Of a stretch of 58,678 nt of DNA, positions 37,644 to 47,263 are shown piece by piece. The position numbers and the translations under genes were made by a program. How positions within the stretch are numbered: position 1 is the stretch's first letter; each line of letters begins with the position of its first letter. A model generated the notes under the pieces. It did not search any database and was not told where the DNA came from. It worked only from the letters and a program-made list of their open reading frames with translations. This DNA comes from Christensenella sp. UBA6406. Its GTDB lineage: Bacteria; Bacillota; Clostridia; Christensenellales; UBA1242. The stretch is from assembly GCA_002438625.1 (NCBI GenBank), contig DJPS01000016.1, forward strand, positions 1-58,678. The letters run 5' to 3'.

Positions 37644-40004
37644 CTATTGACCGCCTTTGCCTCTATTCGCCTTATCTACAGCGTCCTTTATGCTCTTTTT
37701 AAATTCTTCTTTACTTGTCTTTTTCTTTTCATAACCAGTTGCTTTCTTTTGAGATTTAGCTTCTGCTTTAATAATCTTCTTATTTTCTTTTCCGCCGTAT
37801 TTATTTTCCTTAATCTCTTTCTTCAACTTTTTATATTCTTCGGCAGAAATTTGACCAGATTCATACTTCTGCTTAGCAACTTGCCTTCTTATTTCATTTT
37901 CCTTAACCGCTTCCGCCGCAATCTTAGGAGCATCTTCTATCATCTTGTTTGTTTCAGCAAGTGATGCATCTTCACCCTTGCCTGACAATATAGCTTCTTT
38001 TCTTGCCTTAGCATCTTCATGAGCTTCATTAATTCCACGTTCTTTAGCATTGGTCAATCTAGAGTTTCGCTCTTCTGCACTCATTGATGCCATTCTATTA
38101 TCATTTAGCCTATGCATATGATATTTCAAATTTGCTTTTCCTTCATCATCTAAATGACTATATAAATTTGCATCTAGCGAATTAAATGCCCTTTCACTAG
38201 CAGCATTATGATCTAAGCCTTCTGCAATACCTTTTTGATATTCCTCATTATAGTTTTCAGACATTTGACCAATCTGACCTTTCTCAAAACCATTATTTTG
38301 CTCAAATAATCTAGCACCTAACTCATTATTTGCTATGTCAGCTTCAGTCATTGAACTATATTTATCCGCCTTGCTAGACATATTACTATATTGATTATTA
38401 ATATCGTTTACTTGCTTATCTTCAAGTTGTTTACTTGCTGTAAGTTGCCCTTTACCAGTCTTTTTATTTTGATGTTTTTCAGACATCGCTTGCATCTTGC
38501 TAGCACTAACATCTTTCAACTTGCCCGCAGCGAACTTACCAGCACCAACACCAACCGCCATTGCCGCATTTGTCTTAACAAAGTCAGAAACATTTTTCTT
38601 TAACTTATCGCCCGTGCCTTGAATGTCTTCCGCACCAATCATTTCTCCAAGCCATTTGATTGCTTCTTTACAAACCATTGCACCCGCAATAACAATAAAC
38701 AAGTCAAATATGTTTGCAAGCAAAATTGCACCTACTCCACCCGCAGTCAGTAAAGCGACCAACCCAACAGGCAAAACAAAATTTAAACCCGAATTAACCG
38801 CACTTTGAATGGTCCCCATCATATCCACTTGTAAAAGCGTGTTGAGCAATATAAAATATAAATTTAATGCAACCACAGGTGCAAACACCATTGTAACTTT
38901 TCCAATAAATTTCCTCTTCCATGTTCCAAATGGACCAGGGTCAAGTGGCATCATTGAGATAACCGCAGGTGAAATTACAAACAATATTGCAAGCTCGTAT
39001 AAACGCACCGCCGCTCCTAGCGTGATAGACACCAAAATCCCCGCAAGGAAGAATATGCTAAATATTGCTACAATCCAGTTAAAATCTGCCAAATCATAGA
39101 AATAGAACACCATTGATGCATTTTTACAGTTGAAATATGTGTCTTTTGTTATTCCTTTGTCCGTACCAATTATACAAGTATCAACATAATTAGCGAACCT
39201 ATCTCCCGTTGTCATAGTTTTTTTCAAAACAACTTGCCCCTCAATCGCACCACCATATTTTTTACTTATATCTTCAATAGTCTTGCATTGGTCAAAAGCA
39301 TCATCAATCGCTTCCGCCATTTTTTCTTTATCGGTAAACCCAGTAAATAGATAATTATTTATATTATAGCCATCATATTTATGCTCAACATCTGTCATCG
39401 CCTTAAAGAAACCTTCATCACTTCTCGCCCTATTACAAGAGTATGCTGAGGTTAAAAACAATTTATTTGAAATTAGTGTTGATGAGTTAGGACTTGTTGC
39501 ATAATCGAGGGCTTGCATTAAATACCCCGACGCAATTATTCCAAATATGCAAACCATAGGAATAAAGAAGAAAGAACCAAAAGCCCTTAAACTCTTTCCA
39601 ATAATCGCACTCTTTCCATTGCCTGACTTAGCCGTTTCTGTAGTTGCTTCACTTTTAATAACAGCAATAAAAGTGAATATGATAAGCAAGAAGAACGACA
39701 ACATTAAAATTCTCATAAATGCTTCATAAATGAATGGATGCATAATTATATCTATTATTAAGTTGCCACTATTTGCAAAAAGCGAGTTAGACTTATACAC
39801 AACAGGCACAGTTCCAGCAAACATTTGGAAAAGAATTTGAATGCAATCTAAAATATTTGCCACAGAACTCCAAAGTGCAAAAAGCAATTTATAGAACATA
39901 GCAGCGATATAAGCACCTATATCACCAATTATTCCAGTTATCCAATCAATTATTGCACTTATAGGATTCCAAAAGTTCAAATTACTTATGTTAAATCCGC
40001 TCAT
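37644..40004 (-). CDS. Large polytopic membrane protein with a roughly 300-aa highly charged Lys/Glu-rich C-terminal tail; function unknown
   Basis: Multiple hydrophobic segments occupy the first approx. 470 aa. The tail is rich in K/E/A (…KKLKKEIKENKYGGKENKK…). A good SD, AAGGAG, is present. Confidence 0.6.
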   Translation of the reverse strand: MSGFNISNLNFWNPISAIIDWITGIIGDIGAYIAAMFYKLLFALWSSVANILDCIQILFQMFAGTVPVVYKSNSLFANSGNLIIDIIMHPFIYEAFMRILMLSFFLLIIFTFIAVIKSEATTETAKSGNGKSAIIGKSLRAFGSFFFIPMVCIFGIIASGYLMQALDYATSPNSSTLISNKLFLTSAYSCNRARSDEGFFKAMTDVEHKYDGYNINNYLFTGFTDKEKMAEAIDDAFDQCKTIEDISKKYGGAIEGQVVLKKTMTTGDRFANYVDTCIIGTDKGITKDTYFNCKNASMVFYFYDLADFNWIVAIFSIFFLAGILVSITLGAAVRLYELAILFVISPAVISMMPLDPGPFGTWKRKFIGKVTMVFAPVVALNLYFILLNTLLQVDMMGTIQSAVNSGLNFVLPVGLVALLTAGGVGAILLANIFDLFIVIAGAMVCKEAIKWLGEMIGAEDIQGTGDKLKKNVSDFVKTNAAMAVGVGAGKFAAGKLKDVSASKMQAMSEKHQNKKTGKGQLTASKQLEDKQVNDINNQYSNMSSKADKYSSMTEADIANNELGARLFEQNNGFEKGQIGQMSENYNEEYQKGIAEGLDHNAASERAFNSLDANLYSHLDDEGKANLKYHMHRLNDNRMASMSAEERNSRLTNAKERGINEAHEDAKARKEAILSGKGEDASLAETNKMIEDAPKIAAEAVKENEIRRQVAKQKYESGQISAEEYKKLKKEIKENKYGGKENKKIIKAEAKSQKKATGYEKKKTSKEEFKKSIKDAVDKANRGKGGQ

Positions 40005-40172
40005 AAAACTCTCCTTATTTTAGTTTTCCATTTTCTCTTTATCTTTTATTATACACAATATAACAAAATTTGCAAGATATATTTATAATTTTTTGTTGCA
40101 TTTTGCTAAAAAACACCTATCCAACCACAAAAAACAATATTTTTTCATAATCCTAATAAAATTTTATCACTT

Positions 40173-41855
40173 TTACCACAAAAATGCAAATCTAAATTTA
40201 ATAGGCTGATTATGATTGCTTGTTACAATGAATTTAACCTCTAAAAAGTCATTAAAATCGTTCTCGTAAGCAAAATCACAACCAGTTAAAGAACCGCTTT
40301 CAATCGCAGCCAAAGTTTTTGTAGCCTCGCTCGTTTCTTCACTTTCCTTCTCTCTATATGCTGAAAGGTCAAAACTATAAATTCCGTTTCTTGTAAACTC
40401 GGTTACAGTAATGCCTGATGTATCAAGTCCTTTATTTTTTAAATCTTCTACAATCTCATCAGTCATAGTTAAATCAGCATAAAGACTTTCACTATCGCTA
40501 TCCACCTTACCAGGTTTTATAGTTAAATTACCCAAATTTGATGAAATTTTATTAAATACACAACTGCTTGAATGCGTGTGCAAAGTTTTATCTTCGCAAG
40601 CGTTATAAGTTGCATCTATTTTAAAATCAACACTTTCAGTAACACTATCATCTAGCTCTATATAAAGCCAAATTGAACTTAAAGACAAATCTTGTTTAGC
40701 CTTAATTATCACGCTATAAAATTCGCTTGCTTCAACATTAAACATATTTGCAGTGTTTTGCGTATCATCATCAAAATGAATAGAAACATCTTCCGTTTGT
40801 AGTTCGTTTGCCGTTGCATTTGGTTTATGCCCACCGCCAAACACATTTCCAGCAGATTTATAAACTAAATAATAAACAAAATTTACATAATTCTTAAATC
40901 CACTATATTTAGTCTCCCCATTTATTGTGTATTTATTTGCTATGTTATTAGTCTTTAAATACTCTATTGAGTAAGCGCCTTCTTCCGCTATTTCACCGCT
41001 TGGCACAACTGGGTCAGTTACGGCAGGGCCAAATTCAATGCTATTCCACACATCGCTTCTACTTGTAGAATTCGCACGAGGTTTTGTAAATGCATAATTT
41101 CTAATAATTTTTTGTCTATATTCTTCTACTTCGGTGCCACCCAAACTTTTAACATTTTCGTTGTAGTCAAATGTGCCGTTACCATTTCTGTCTATAAACT
41201 TTCTGCTATCATACTCAACCGCATTTGCACCTATAACATAATTTAGAACATATTCAGAAATCGCATCTGCTTCATAATAGAACAAACCCGTGTGCATAAC
41301 TTTCCTTGCCATTTTTTCAAACGCTTCATCGCTAAAATCGCCCGCTTGCTTCATTTGAAAATATAAACTATTAGATGAAATGTTATAAACTTCTATTGCC
41401 GTTATATCTTTATTTAAAAGGATTTGAAATAAATTATATTTCATAACAATGCTATAATCTGCCTTATCCAAACCTTCCCTTGTCCATAAACTGCTCGTGC
41501 CAACATCTGTGCCGTAACTTTCCTTACCAGCAAACAACCACGAATCTTGCCACATTGCATTCTTATGCGTATCTTCAACACTATCTCTAAATAAAGCAAA
41601 ATTGCTCGTTGCTCCATAAGCCTCATAAAGCCCGTTAATCAAGTCTTCGGTAAGCGAATCAACAAAAGCCATAACTTCTTCATAAGTGTCATCGCCGTTG
41701 CCCGTAGATATAGCAGTAACCCCACTTATCATATTTTCCGCACTTGCAATCTCATCGTCATCACCGCCATCGCCATTAAAGCCACAAGAAGCGAAACAAA
41801 AAGGAAGATATAAACAAAACATTATGCATAAAAATCTTTTTAACTTAGTTTTCAC
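40173..41855 (-). CDS. Lipoprotein of unknown function (560 aa)
   Basis: The lipobox is FAS-C (MKTKLKRFLCIMFCLYLPFCFASC), followed by an acidic linker GDGGDDDE. It has a GTG start with AGGAGG 6 nt upstream. Confidence 0.6.
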   Translation of the reverse strand: MKTKLKRFLCIMFCLYLPFCFASCGFNGDGGDDDEIASAENMISGVTAISTGNGDDTYEEVMAFVDSLTEDLINGLYEAYGATSNFALFRDSVEDTHKNAMWQDSWLFAGKESYGTDVGTSSLWTREGLDKADYSIVMKYNLFQILLNKDITAIEVYNISSNSLYFQMKQAGDFSDEAFEKMARKVMHTGLFYYEADAISEYVLNYVIGANAVEYDSRKFIDRNGNGTFDYNENVKSLGGTEVEEYRQKIIRNYAFTKPRANSTSRSDVWNSIEFGPAVTDPVVPSGEIAEEGAYSIEYLKTNNIANKYTINGETKYSGFKNYVNFVYYLVYKSAGNVFGGGHKPNATANELQTEDVSIHFDDDTQNTANMFNVEASEFYSVIIKAKQDLSLSSIWLYIELDDSVTESVDFKIDATYNACEDKTLHTHSSSCVFNKISSNLGNLTIKPGKVDSDSESLYADLTMTDEIVEDLKNKGLDTSGITVTEFTRNGIYSFDLSAYREKESEETSEATKTLAAIESGSLTGCDFAYENDFNDFLEVKFIVTSNHNQPIKFRFAFLW

Positions 41856-42065
41856 TTATATCCTCCTATAAAATAGATTTAATTATCTTATCATACATAT
41901 TTATTATACCACAAATTTTAATTTTTTCAATATTTTTCCTTAATATTTGGCAATTTTTTTTGATAAACAGCAAAAAACTATAATTATTTACCAATTTTGC
42001 CACATTTCTAAACATAAAACAATAAATTATCAACAACTTTTTCCATAAGAATAAGAGATAATAAA

Positions 42066-42106
42066 CAAAAAATGATTAAATTGGTTTAAATAGCAATTTT
42101 AATCAT
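42066..42106 (-). terminator. Candidate intrinsic terminator after the 193-aa membrane protein gene
   Basis: A 9-bp stem ATGATTAAA/TTTAATCAT is followed by T5 on the minus strand. It is AT-only, and therefore a weak stem. Confidence 0.4.
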
Positions 42107-42176
42107 CTTCAAAAACAACAAAAACTTTTAAAATTAATTTTGTTTAAGCAATATTCTAAAATGAAAATTACTTTAT

Positions 42177-42758
42177 CTATGCATTCAAGGATAAGATAAT
42201 TATCACGCCAGCAATCGTTCCAACCGCAAGCAATGCACCTAAAACGCCCACAACCAAATCAAGCCACTTTGGAGACATTTTCCTAAGTTCTTTTTTCATC
42301 TTATTTTCATTTACTTCAACTTGCATTGAGTTGTCAGTGCTTTCGCTAGACACATCCACATCTTTATTAGCACTTAATTCATTATCACCACTTTCAACAT
42401 TTGCGCAACGCTCTTTATTAATCTTTTTTCCTTTGTCTAGTCTTTTAAGCTCTCGCTTTTTAATTATGTCGCCAACCGTTCCAGCAATGGCATAGGTAAA
42501 GCCATAAACGCTATAAACAATGCAATACTCAATCGTAACTTCAATAGCCCCCAAAACTAGCACAAAAACCAAAATGCCATAAATTGCGTTTTCATTAAAC
42601 AAATTAACTGCCCACCATTCAAGCAACAATGTAAGAGCAACAAAAGCCACAAGCATAATAATTGCAAAAATCCTTGTTCCTTTACCTCCTCTATCATAAC
42701 GAACAGCATCACCATAATGTCTATCACCAACGCTGAAAAGCCATTGCACAAATTTCAT
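42177..42758 (-). CDS. Small membrane protein of unknown function
   Basis: Three or four hydrophobic segments include a C-terminal anchor (LVVGVLGALLAVGTIAGVIIILSL). A good SD, AAGGAG, is present. Confidence 0.55.
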   Translation of the reverse strand: MKFVQWLFSVGDRHYGDAVRYDRGGKGTRIFAIIMLVAFVALTLLLEWWAVNLFNENAIYGILVFVLVLGAIEVTIEYCIVYSVYGFTYAIAGTVGDIIKKRELKRLDKGKKINKERCANVESGDNELSANKDVDVSSESTDNSMQVEVNENKMKKELRKMSPKWLDLVVGVLGALLAVGTIAGVIIILSLNA

Positions 42759-42856
42759 AATTATATCTCCTTTTATTTAAGCAAAATCAAACCGCACAAT
42801 TTATTCTTTGCATTTTAAAAATGAATAATGCTAATTAAATTAATAAATATTGCATT

Positions 42857-43411
42857 TTAATCAATCTTGCACTTTTCCACATTTTCCCCACTCACCAAAT
42901 AAAAGTCGCTAGAAACCGCTTTCATAGGTAAATCACTTAAACTATCGGAATAAAATGCATTTAATTTCATATTAGGAAAATCTAGCCCAAACCTTTCCAA
43001 TTTAACCTTACCATAACAATTCTCTCCCACAATTTTCCCGTTTTCAATATCCATATTTGTTGCTATGCAATTTTGCACGCCTATCGCCTTAACCGCAACA
43101 TTAACAATGAATTTAGGAGATGCACTAATTACAACATCGTCCGTGCACATATCCTTAATTAACCCATATTTTAATTTACGCACATTCTTTCTCCAAAATC
43201 GCACAACCGACCTTTCTTTATTCGGCACTAAACGCAAGTAAAACGCAAAAACTTCTTTAACCCTTTTCTTATCCCTACAAACAAATGTCATAGCAATCAA
43301 CTGAAAAGGCAAAATGATAATTAAATAAGGAAATCTTAATAAAACAAATAAATAGAAATCTATGAAACTATCACCATTATAAATGGTTTTATCAAAATCA
43401 TATCCAACCAT
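42857..43411 (-). CDS. HAD-superfamily hydrolase (HAD-IB/phosphoserine-phosphatase-like)
   Basis: The protein begins MVGYDFDKTIY, which carries the DxDxT nucleophile motif. A late DS.SD motif is present (SDSLSDLP). ATG 43411 has GGAG 5 nt upstream, whereas the track start at 43462 has no SD. Confidence 0.55.
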   Translation of the reverse strand: MVGYDFDKTIYNGDSFIDFYLFVLLRFPYLIIILPFQLIAMTFVCRDKKRVKEVFAFYLRLVPNKERSVVRFWRKNVRKLKYGLIKDMCTDDVVISASPKFIVNVAVKAIGVQNCIATNMDIENGKIVGENCYGKVKLERFGLDFPNMKLNAFYSDSLSDLPMKAVSSDFYLVSGENVEKCKID

Positions 43412-43618
43412 AGCCACTCCTTTGTTATAAAAATTATAAAGCATTAAGAACAAACATGTCAACCATATTGCAAAAAATTTATAAGAAAAGGCATTTATAA
43501 TATTTTAACTTTTAATAATTCAAGATTTTGTGACTGATTTTAAATACTTTTATAAAGCTTTAGGAGACTTTATGTTGTTTTAACACACTTAATTTCACTA
43601 AATTTGTGCATTTAGGTG

Positions 43619-43652
43619 CAAAAAAGTGTAGTAAGAGGAATCTTACTACACT
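43619..43652 (-). terminator. Intrinsic terminator of the adhesin gene
   Basis: An 11-bp stem AGTGTAGTAAG/CTTACTACACT with a 6-nt loop is followed by T6 on the minus strand. Confidence 0.7.
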
Positions 43653-43755
43653 AATTAATTTTTTATATCTTAAATTCTCTTATTTTACTGAATTGCATAA
43701 AGAAGAAGTGCAACAATAAAGCAATAATAAAGAGCCTATAAAAATACATAGTTAT

Positions 43756-46700
43756 TTATAGTTGAATGAATAAGGCAGGGGCTACACATATATATTCAAG
43801 CGAAACGCCTTTCCCTGCTGTTGCAATTCCACCATTCTCACCCACACAAGCGGCAGTTCCTGAATATTCCGTTTTTGTACGAATCCAGTAATAACTTGTA
43901 ATATTTTTACTAGGTCTAGCACCTAATGCTCCTGTTGCGCCAGCATAATCTGATGCATATTTTAGCCTTTGAGATACATTATTATAATAGGTTTTAAAAT
44001 CTCCTATAGATGGAATAAACACATAATCGCCACTATCTACATCTCTTGCATAAACTGTTTTATCGTTTACGTTACTAGTTGAAAAACTTCCTGTATCTAA
44101 TGTTGTTGGCATAATTTTACTTTTTTGAGTTCCTTCTACAAATGCAGAATCTTTAAATTCTCCGTTCAAATATGGTTTGATATCACTTTCTGTATATGGC
44201 ATTTTGCTTGATAAACTAAACGGCATTGCGAACAAAGATGAAATACTATTTAAGTATGCAACATTATTTGTTTCATCTGTATAAAATATTTTCCATATAA
44301 TTGGTTCTATTCTAAAATAATAATCTTTTTTTAGTATATTATATCCACTACCCCAACTAAAGTAATTATATACACTGGTAGCTGGACTTGTGTCAGTTAG
44401 TTCGCTTGTTGGAGTTGCTTTTTTCTTTACATACAAATAGCCATCATCACCTTCATAACATTCATTAAAAGTTGCAAATTGTTTTACTTTTGTTGTATCA
44501 ATAGTTGTTTCGTTCGGTTTAACTGTTTGAGGATAATATCCAAATGCGATACAATTACCCGCACTTTCAGCACCGCTTTCATCTACACTAAAATATTCTG
44601 TTGGAGATTTTGCCATTGCATAACCGCTCGAATTCCAACTTGCTTTTATTGAACTTAAATAAGTGCTATAATCACTTGATATGCTACCTCTTACATACCC
44701 ATTATAATATGAACTTGAAGTATTGTAGAAATCTTTTAATTTTACCTGTACTTTTACATACCAAGTTACATTTTCACTATTTAAAAATTCATTAAGCAAA
44801 ACACCTTTTTCATCTGTCATTTGATTACCATCTTTATCAAAATAACCAACAAACTTATATTTATCATCTGTAATTGTAAAGGTTGGTGCTGTTGCCTTAT
44901 TTTCTTCATTATAACTTGTTGCACTATTGTAAAGTTGCTTTGAGTTATGTTCGCCATATAAAGTAGTGTTCTCTTCGCTTGAAAAGTTCCCCTTATCGCT
45001 TACACTATCAGCATTAAATATAATTGTAGGTCTTGAAATTGTTACAGTTACATTTGGCTCTTCTAGGTTATAATTTTGAAGGACATCTATTTCACCTACA
45101 AGTTCAGCCGTAACTCTTACCGCTTTATTTTCACCTGCACCAGCAGTATTTATCTCTCCGCTAATTTTTCCCAAAGTAATATTATCAGTGCCTTTAATTC
45201 CTATTATTTTTCCGCCACTAACTTCAACACTTGTTTTTCCATTTGCAAACCTGTCTGTCGCTTTTAATTCCTCTATTTTTAATGTTGCTTTTGTTATTTT
45301 AAATTCAACAATTTTTTGACCAACATAATCGCCTATACCTATAAAATACAATTTCGCCGTATTTGTAACATTTATAGATGCAGTTATTACAATATAATCC
45401 ACATCTTTAACCAAGTTACTTCCATTATAAGTAATGGTGTATGATGGCAATGAATTTGATGAATCATATTCTTTATCCTGAGCTACAACGTTTGCGTCCT
45501 TAATATTTTTCGCTTCTGTTATTTGCAATGTATAAGATGCTGTTGAAACTTTTCCATTTAAATCAGTTGCACTTGCACTTATGATTGTTGTGCCAACTTT
45601 TAAAATATGCACAAGCCCTGTTGCACTGTCAACTGTGGCAATATCCGCTGAACTGCTATTATAAACAATTTCCACATTTTCAGTTGATACACATTTTAAA
45701 GAATTTATAAAATCGGCATCACCTAATTTTTTAATAACTGTTGAATTATTAAAACTTAATTCTATTTTTCCCCATTTTGGCTTTAATGTTATATCACCAT
45801 ACATTTGTAAAATGACTTCTTTTGCTTTTACAATTTGGGCAAAATTCCAGTTTCCTCCCGCTTCCACAACTTCCCAACCAATAAAATATTGATTATTTTC
45901 ATCATTAGTTGTTATTTCAGGTAATGACAAATTTGTATCTGCTAAACTGTAACCAATTTTATAAGTGTTTGTTGTGCTGTCTAAACATGAAGATAATTGA
46001 TTTTTATATGCTTCATTTTGAGACATATCAAAAGTGATTGTATAACTTAACGCTTCCCATACCGCATATAATATTATTGCATTTGTTGTTATTTCAGTAT
46101 TTTCAATGGTTATTTTACTATTATTTACAGCATATGTTGTTGCTCCAAATTTCCAACCACTTAGTTTATAGCCTTGTTTTGTTGGTGTTTTATCTATTGC
46201 TATTTCTATTGTTTCATTTTCTTTTGTTACATTTTGTGCTGATGGCGTGCTATTCTCATCTCCGCCATTTACATTGAAAAATACTTTTATTGTGTTATTA
46301 TTCCCACTATATTTTGCATATAGGGTTATATTTTCTGTAACTGTATAATTCTTTCCACTTACACTTTCTTCCGCTGTGCTATTTGCGAGTTGTGTGAAAT
46401 TTTTGTCTTTATACCAAGTTACATCTACGCCTCCAACTTGTGGCAATATTGCAACTTTACTTTCATCACTATTTAAGCATATATAACTATCTACACTTAC
46501 TCCTCCGCAAGTGTCGTATTTAACTATATATCCTGCTTCTGTATATTGCCCAAATATATTGCTTAAATTTATTGCCTTTTCTAAATCTTCTACACTTTCA
46601 ACATTCTTTGTTTCGCCTTTGTCTGTGTATTGCAAATTACTGCTTTGCACTGCTTCTGCTTTTATTTGTAAACTTACACCATTTGTGCTTAAATTATTCC

Positions 46701-47112
46701 CAAATTGTGTTAAGTCTTGCATTTGTAATCCGCTTGCAAATAAGTTATATGTCTTTACTTCACTTGCAGACATTTCCTTTAATGCAGATTTTTCATAATT
46801 TGTTAAATATAGATAGCCACCACTATATTGCCAACCATAATCTTCTGTGCTATTTGAATATGTTGCTTCTAGTGGCAAAATGCTATTTAATGCTATTGCT
46901 GTCTTTTGACTATTTTCATCTTCTCCACTGTAATTAACCTTAATTCTTACGTAACCATTTAGTCCGCTACCTTCCGCTAACTTAACAGCAATGCTACTGA
47001 ATAAGTTGCTACCTTGCTTAACTTCATCAATCTTTATTTGTTTTGAATTTGTTACATTTTCATTATTGTTTACAATTAGATTTACATCTAATTTTTCAAA
47101 CGAAAAAAACAC
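43756..47112 (-). CDS. Large surface protein/adhesin body: TasA/camelysin-like N-terminal domain, Listeria-Bacteroides (Flg_new-type) repeats, a Big_2-like domain and a DUF6273-like C-terminus. It is separated from its start codon and signal peptide by a frameshift in a G9 tract.
   Basis: The TasA-like domain ends ...SLQIKAEAVQSSNL (compare TLTITVQAIQADHL in the 219-aa protein). Repeats carry G(Y/W)-type motifs (KQGYKLSGWKF, YFIGWEVV, YKFVGYFD). A Big_2-like segment reads ADIATVDSATGLVHILKVGTTIISASA. The C-terminus reads YYWIRT...YICVAPALFIQL. The track start at 47112 is an internal GTG (Val) of a frame that stays open up to 47259. Confidence 0.75.
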   Translation of the reverse strand: MFFSFEKLDVNLIVNNNENVTNSKQIKIDEVKQGSNLFSSIAVKLAEGSGLNGYVRIKVNYSGEDENSQKTAIALNSILPLEATYSNSTEDYGWQYSGGYLYLTNYEKSALKEMSASEVKTYNLFASGLQMQDLTQFGNNLSTNGVSLQIKAEAVQSSNLQYTDKGETKNVESVEDLEKAINLSNIFGQYTEAGYIVKYDTCGGVSVDSYICLNSDESKVAILPQVGGVDVTWYKDKNFTQLANSTAEESVSGKNYTVTENITLYAKYSGNNNTIKVFFNVNGGDENSTPSAQNVTKENETIEIAIDKTPTKQGYKLSGWKFGATTYAVNNSKITIENTEITTNAIILYAVWEALSYTITFDMSQNEAYKNQLSSCLDSTTNTYKIGYSLADTNLSLPEITTNDENNQYFIGWEVVEAGGNWNFAQIVKAKEVILQMYGDITLKPKWGKIELSFNNSTVIKKLGDADFINSLKCVSTENVEIVYNSSSADIATVDSATGLVHILKVGTTIISASATDLNGKVSTASYTLQITEAKNIKDANVVAQDKEYDSSNSLPSYTITYNGSNLVKDVDYIVITASINVTNTAKLYFIGIGDYVGQKIVEFKITKATLKIEELKATDRFANGKTSVEVSGGKIIGIKGTDNITLGKISGEINTAGAGENKAVRVTAELVGEIDVLQNYNLEEPNVTVTISRPTIIFNADSVSDKGNFSSEENTTLYGEHNSKQLYNSATSYNEENKATAPTFTITDDKYKFVGYFDKDGNQMTDEKGVLLNEFLNSENVTWYVKVQVKLKDFYNTSSSYYNGYVRGSISSDYSTYLSSIKASWNSSGYAMAKSPTEYFSVDESGAESAGNCIAFGYYPQTVKPNETTIDTTKVKQFATFNECYEGDDGYLYVKKKATPTSELTDTSPATSVYNYFSWGSGYNILKKDYYFRIEPIIWKIFYTDETNNVAYLNSISSLFAMPFSLSSKMPYTESDIKPYLNGEFKDSAFVEGTQKSKIMPTTLDTGSFSTSNVNDKTVYARDVDSGDYVFIPSIGDFKTYYNNVSQRLKYASDYAGATGALGARPSKNITSYYWIRTKTEYSGTAACVGENGGIATAGKGVSLEYICVAPALFIQL

Positions 47113-47263
47113 ACCATCAACTTTGTTTGATGCCGTAAAATACGCATAACTTATTCCAAATCCTAAACTTGCAAGGAATGCTATAACTACTACAGATATA
47201 ATTATACCATATATTGTATTTCTAGTCTGCCCCCCCCCGCCTATTTTGTGGTTTATCCTTCAT
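47113..47263 (-). other. Displaced 5' end of the adhesin gene: SD, ATG, G9 tract and SipW-type signal-peptide coding segment
   Basis: GAAAAGGAG lies 9 nt before ATG 47263. That frame reads MKDKPQNRRGGAD-stop (TAG at 47224..47222). Downstream of the tract, the body frame encodes GQTRNTIYGIIISVVVIAFLASLGFGISYAYFTASNKVDG and continues into VFFSFEKLDV. Confidence 0.75.
47230..47238 (-). repeat. Homopolymeric G9 (C9 on the + strand) tract within coding sequence
   Basis: Direct reading gives ctg-CCCCCCCCC-gcctatttt. The minus strand reads AATAGGC-G9-CAGACT. Confidence 0.95.
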
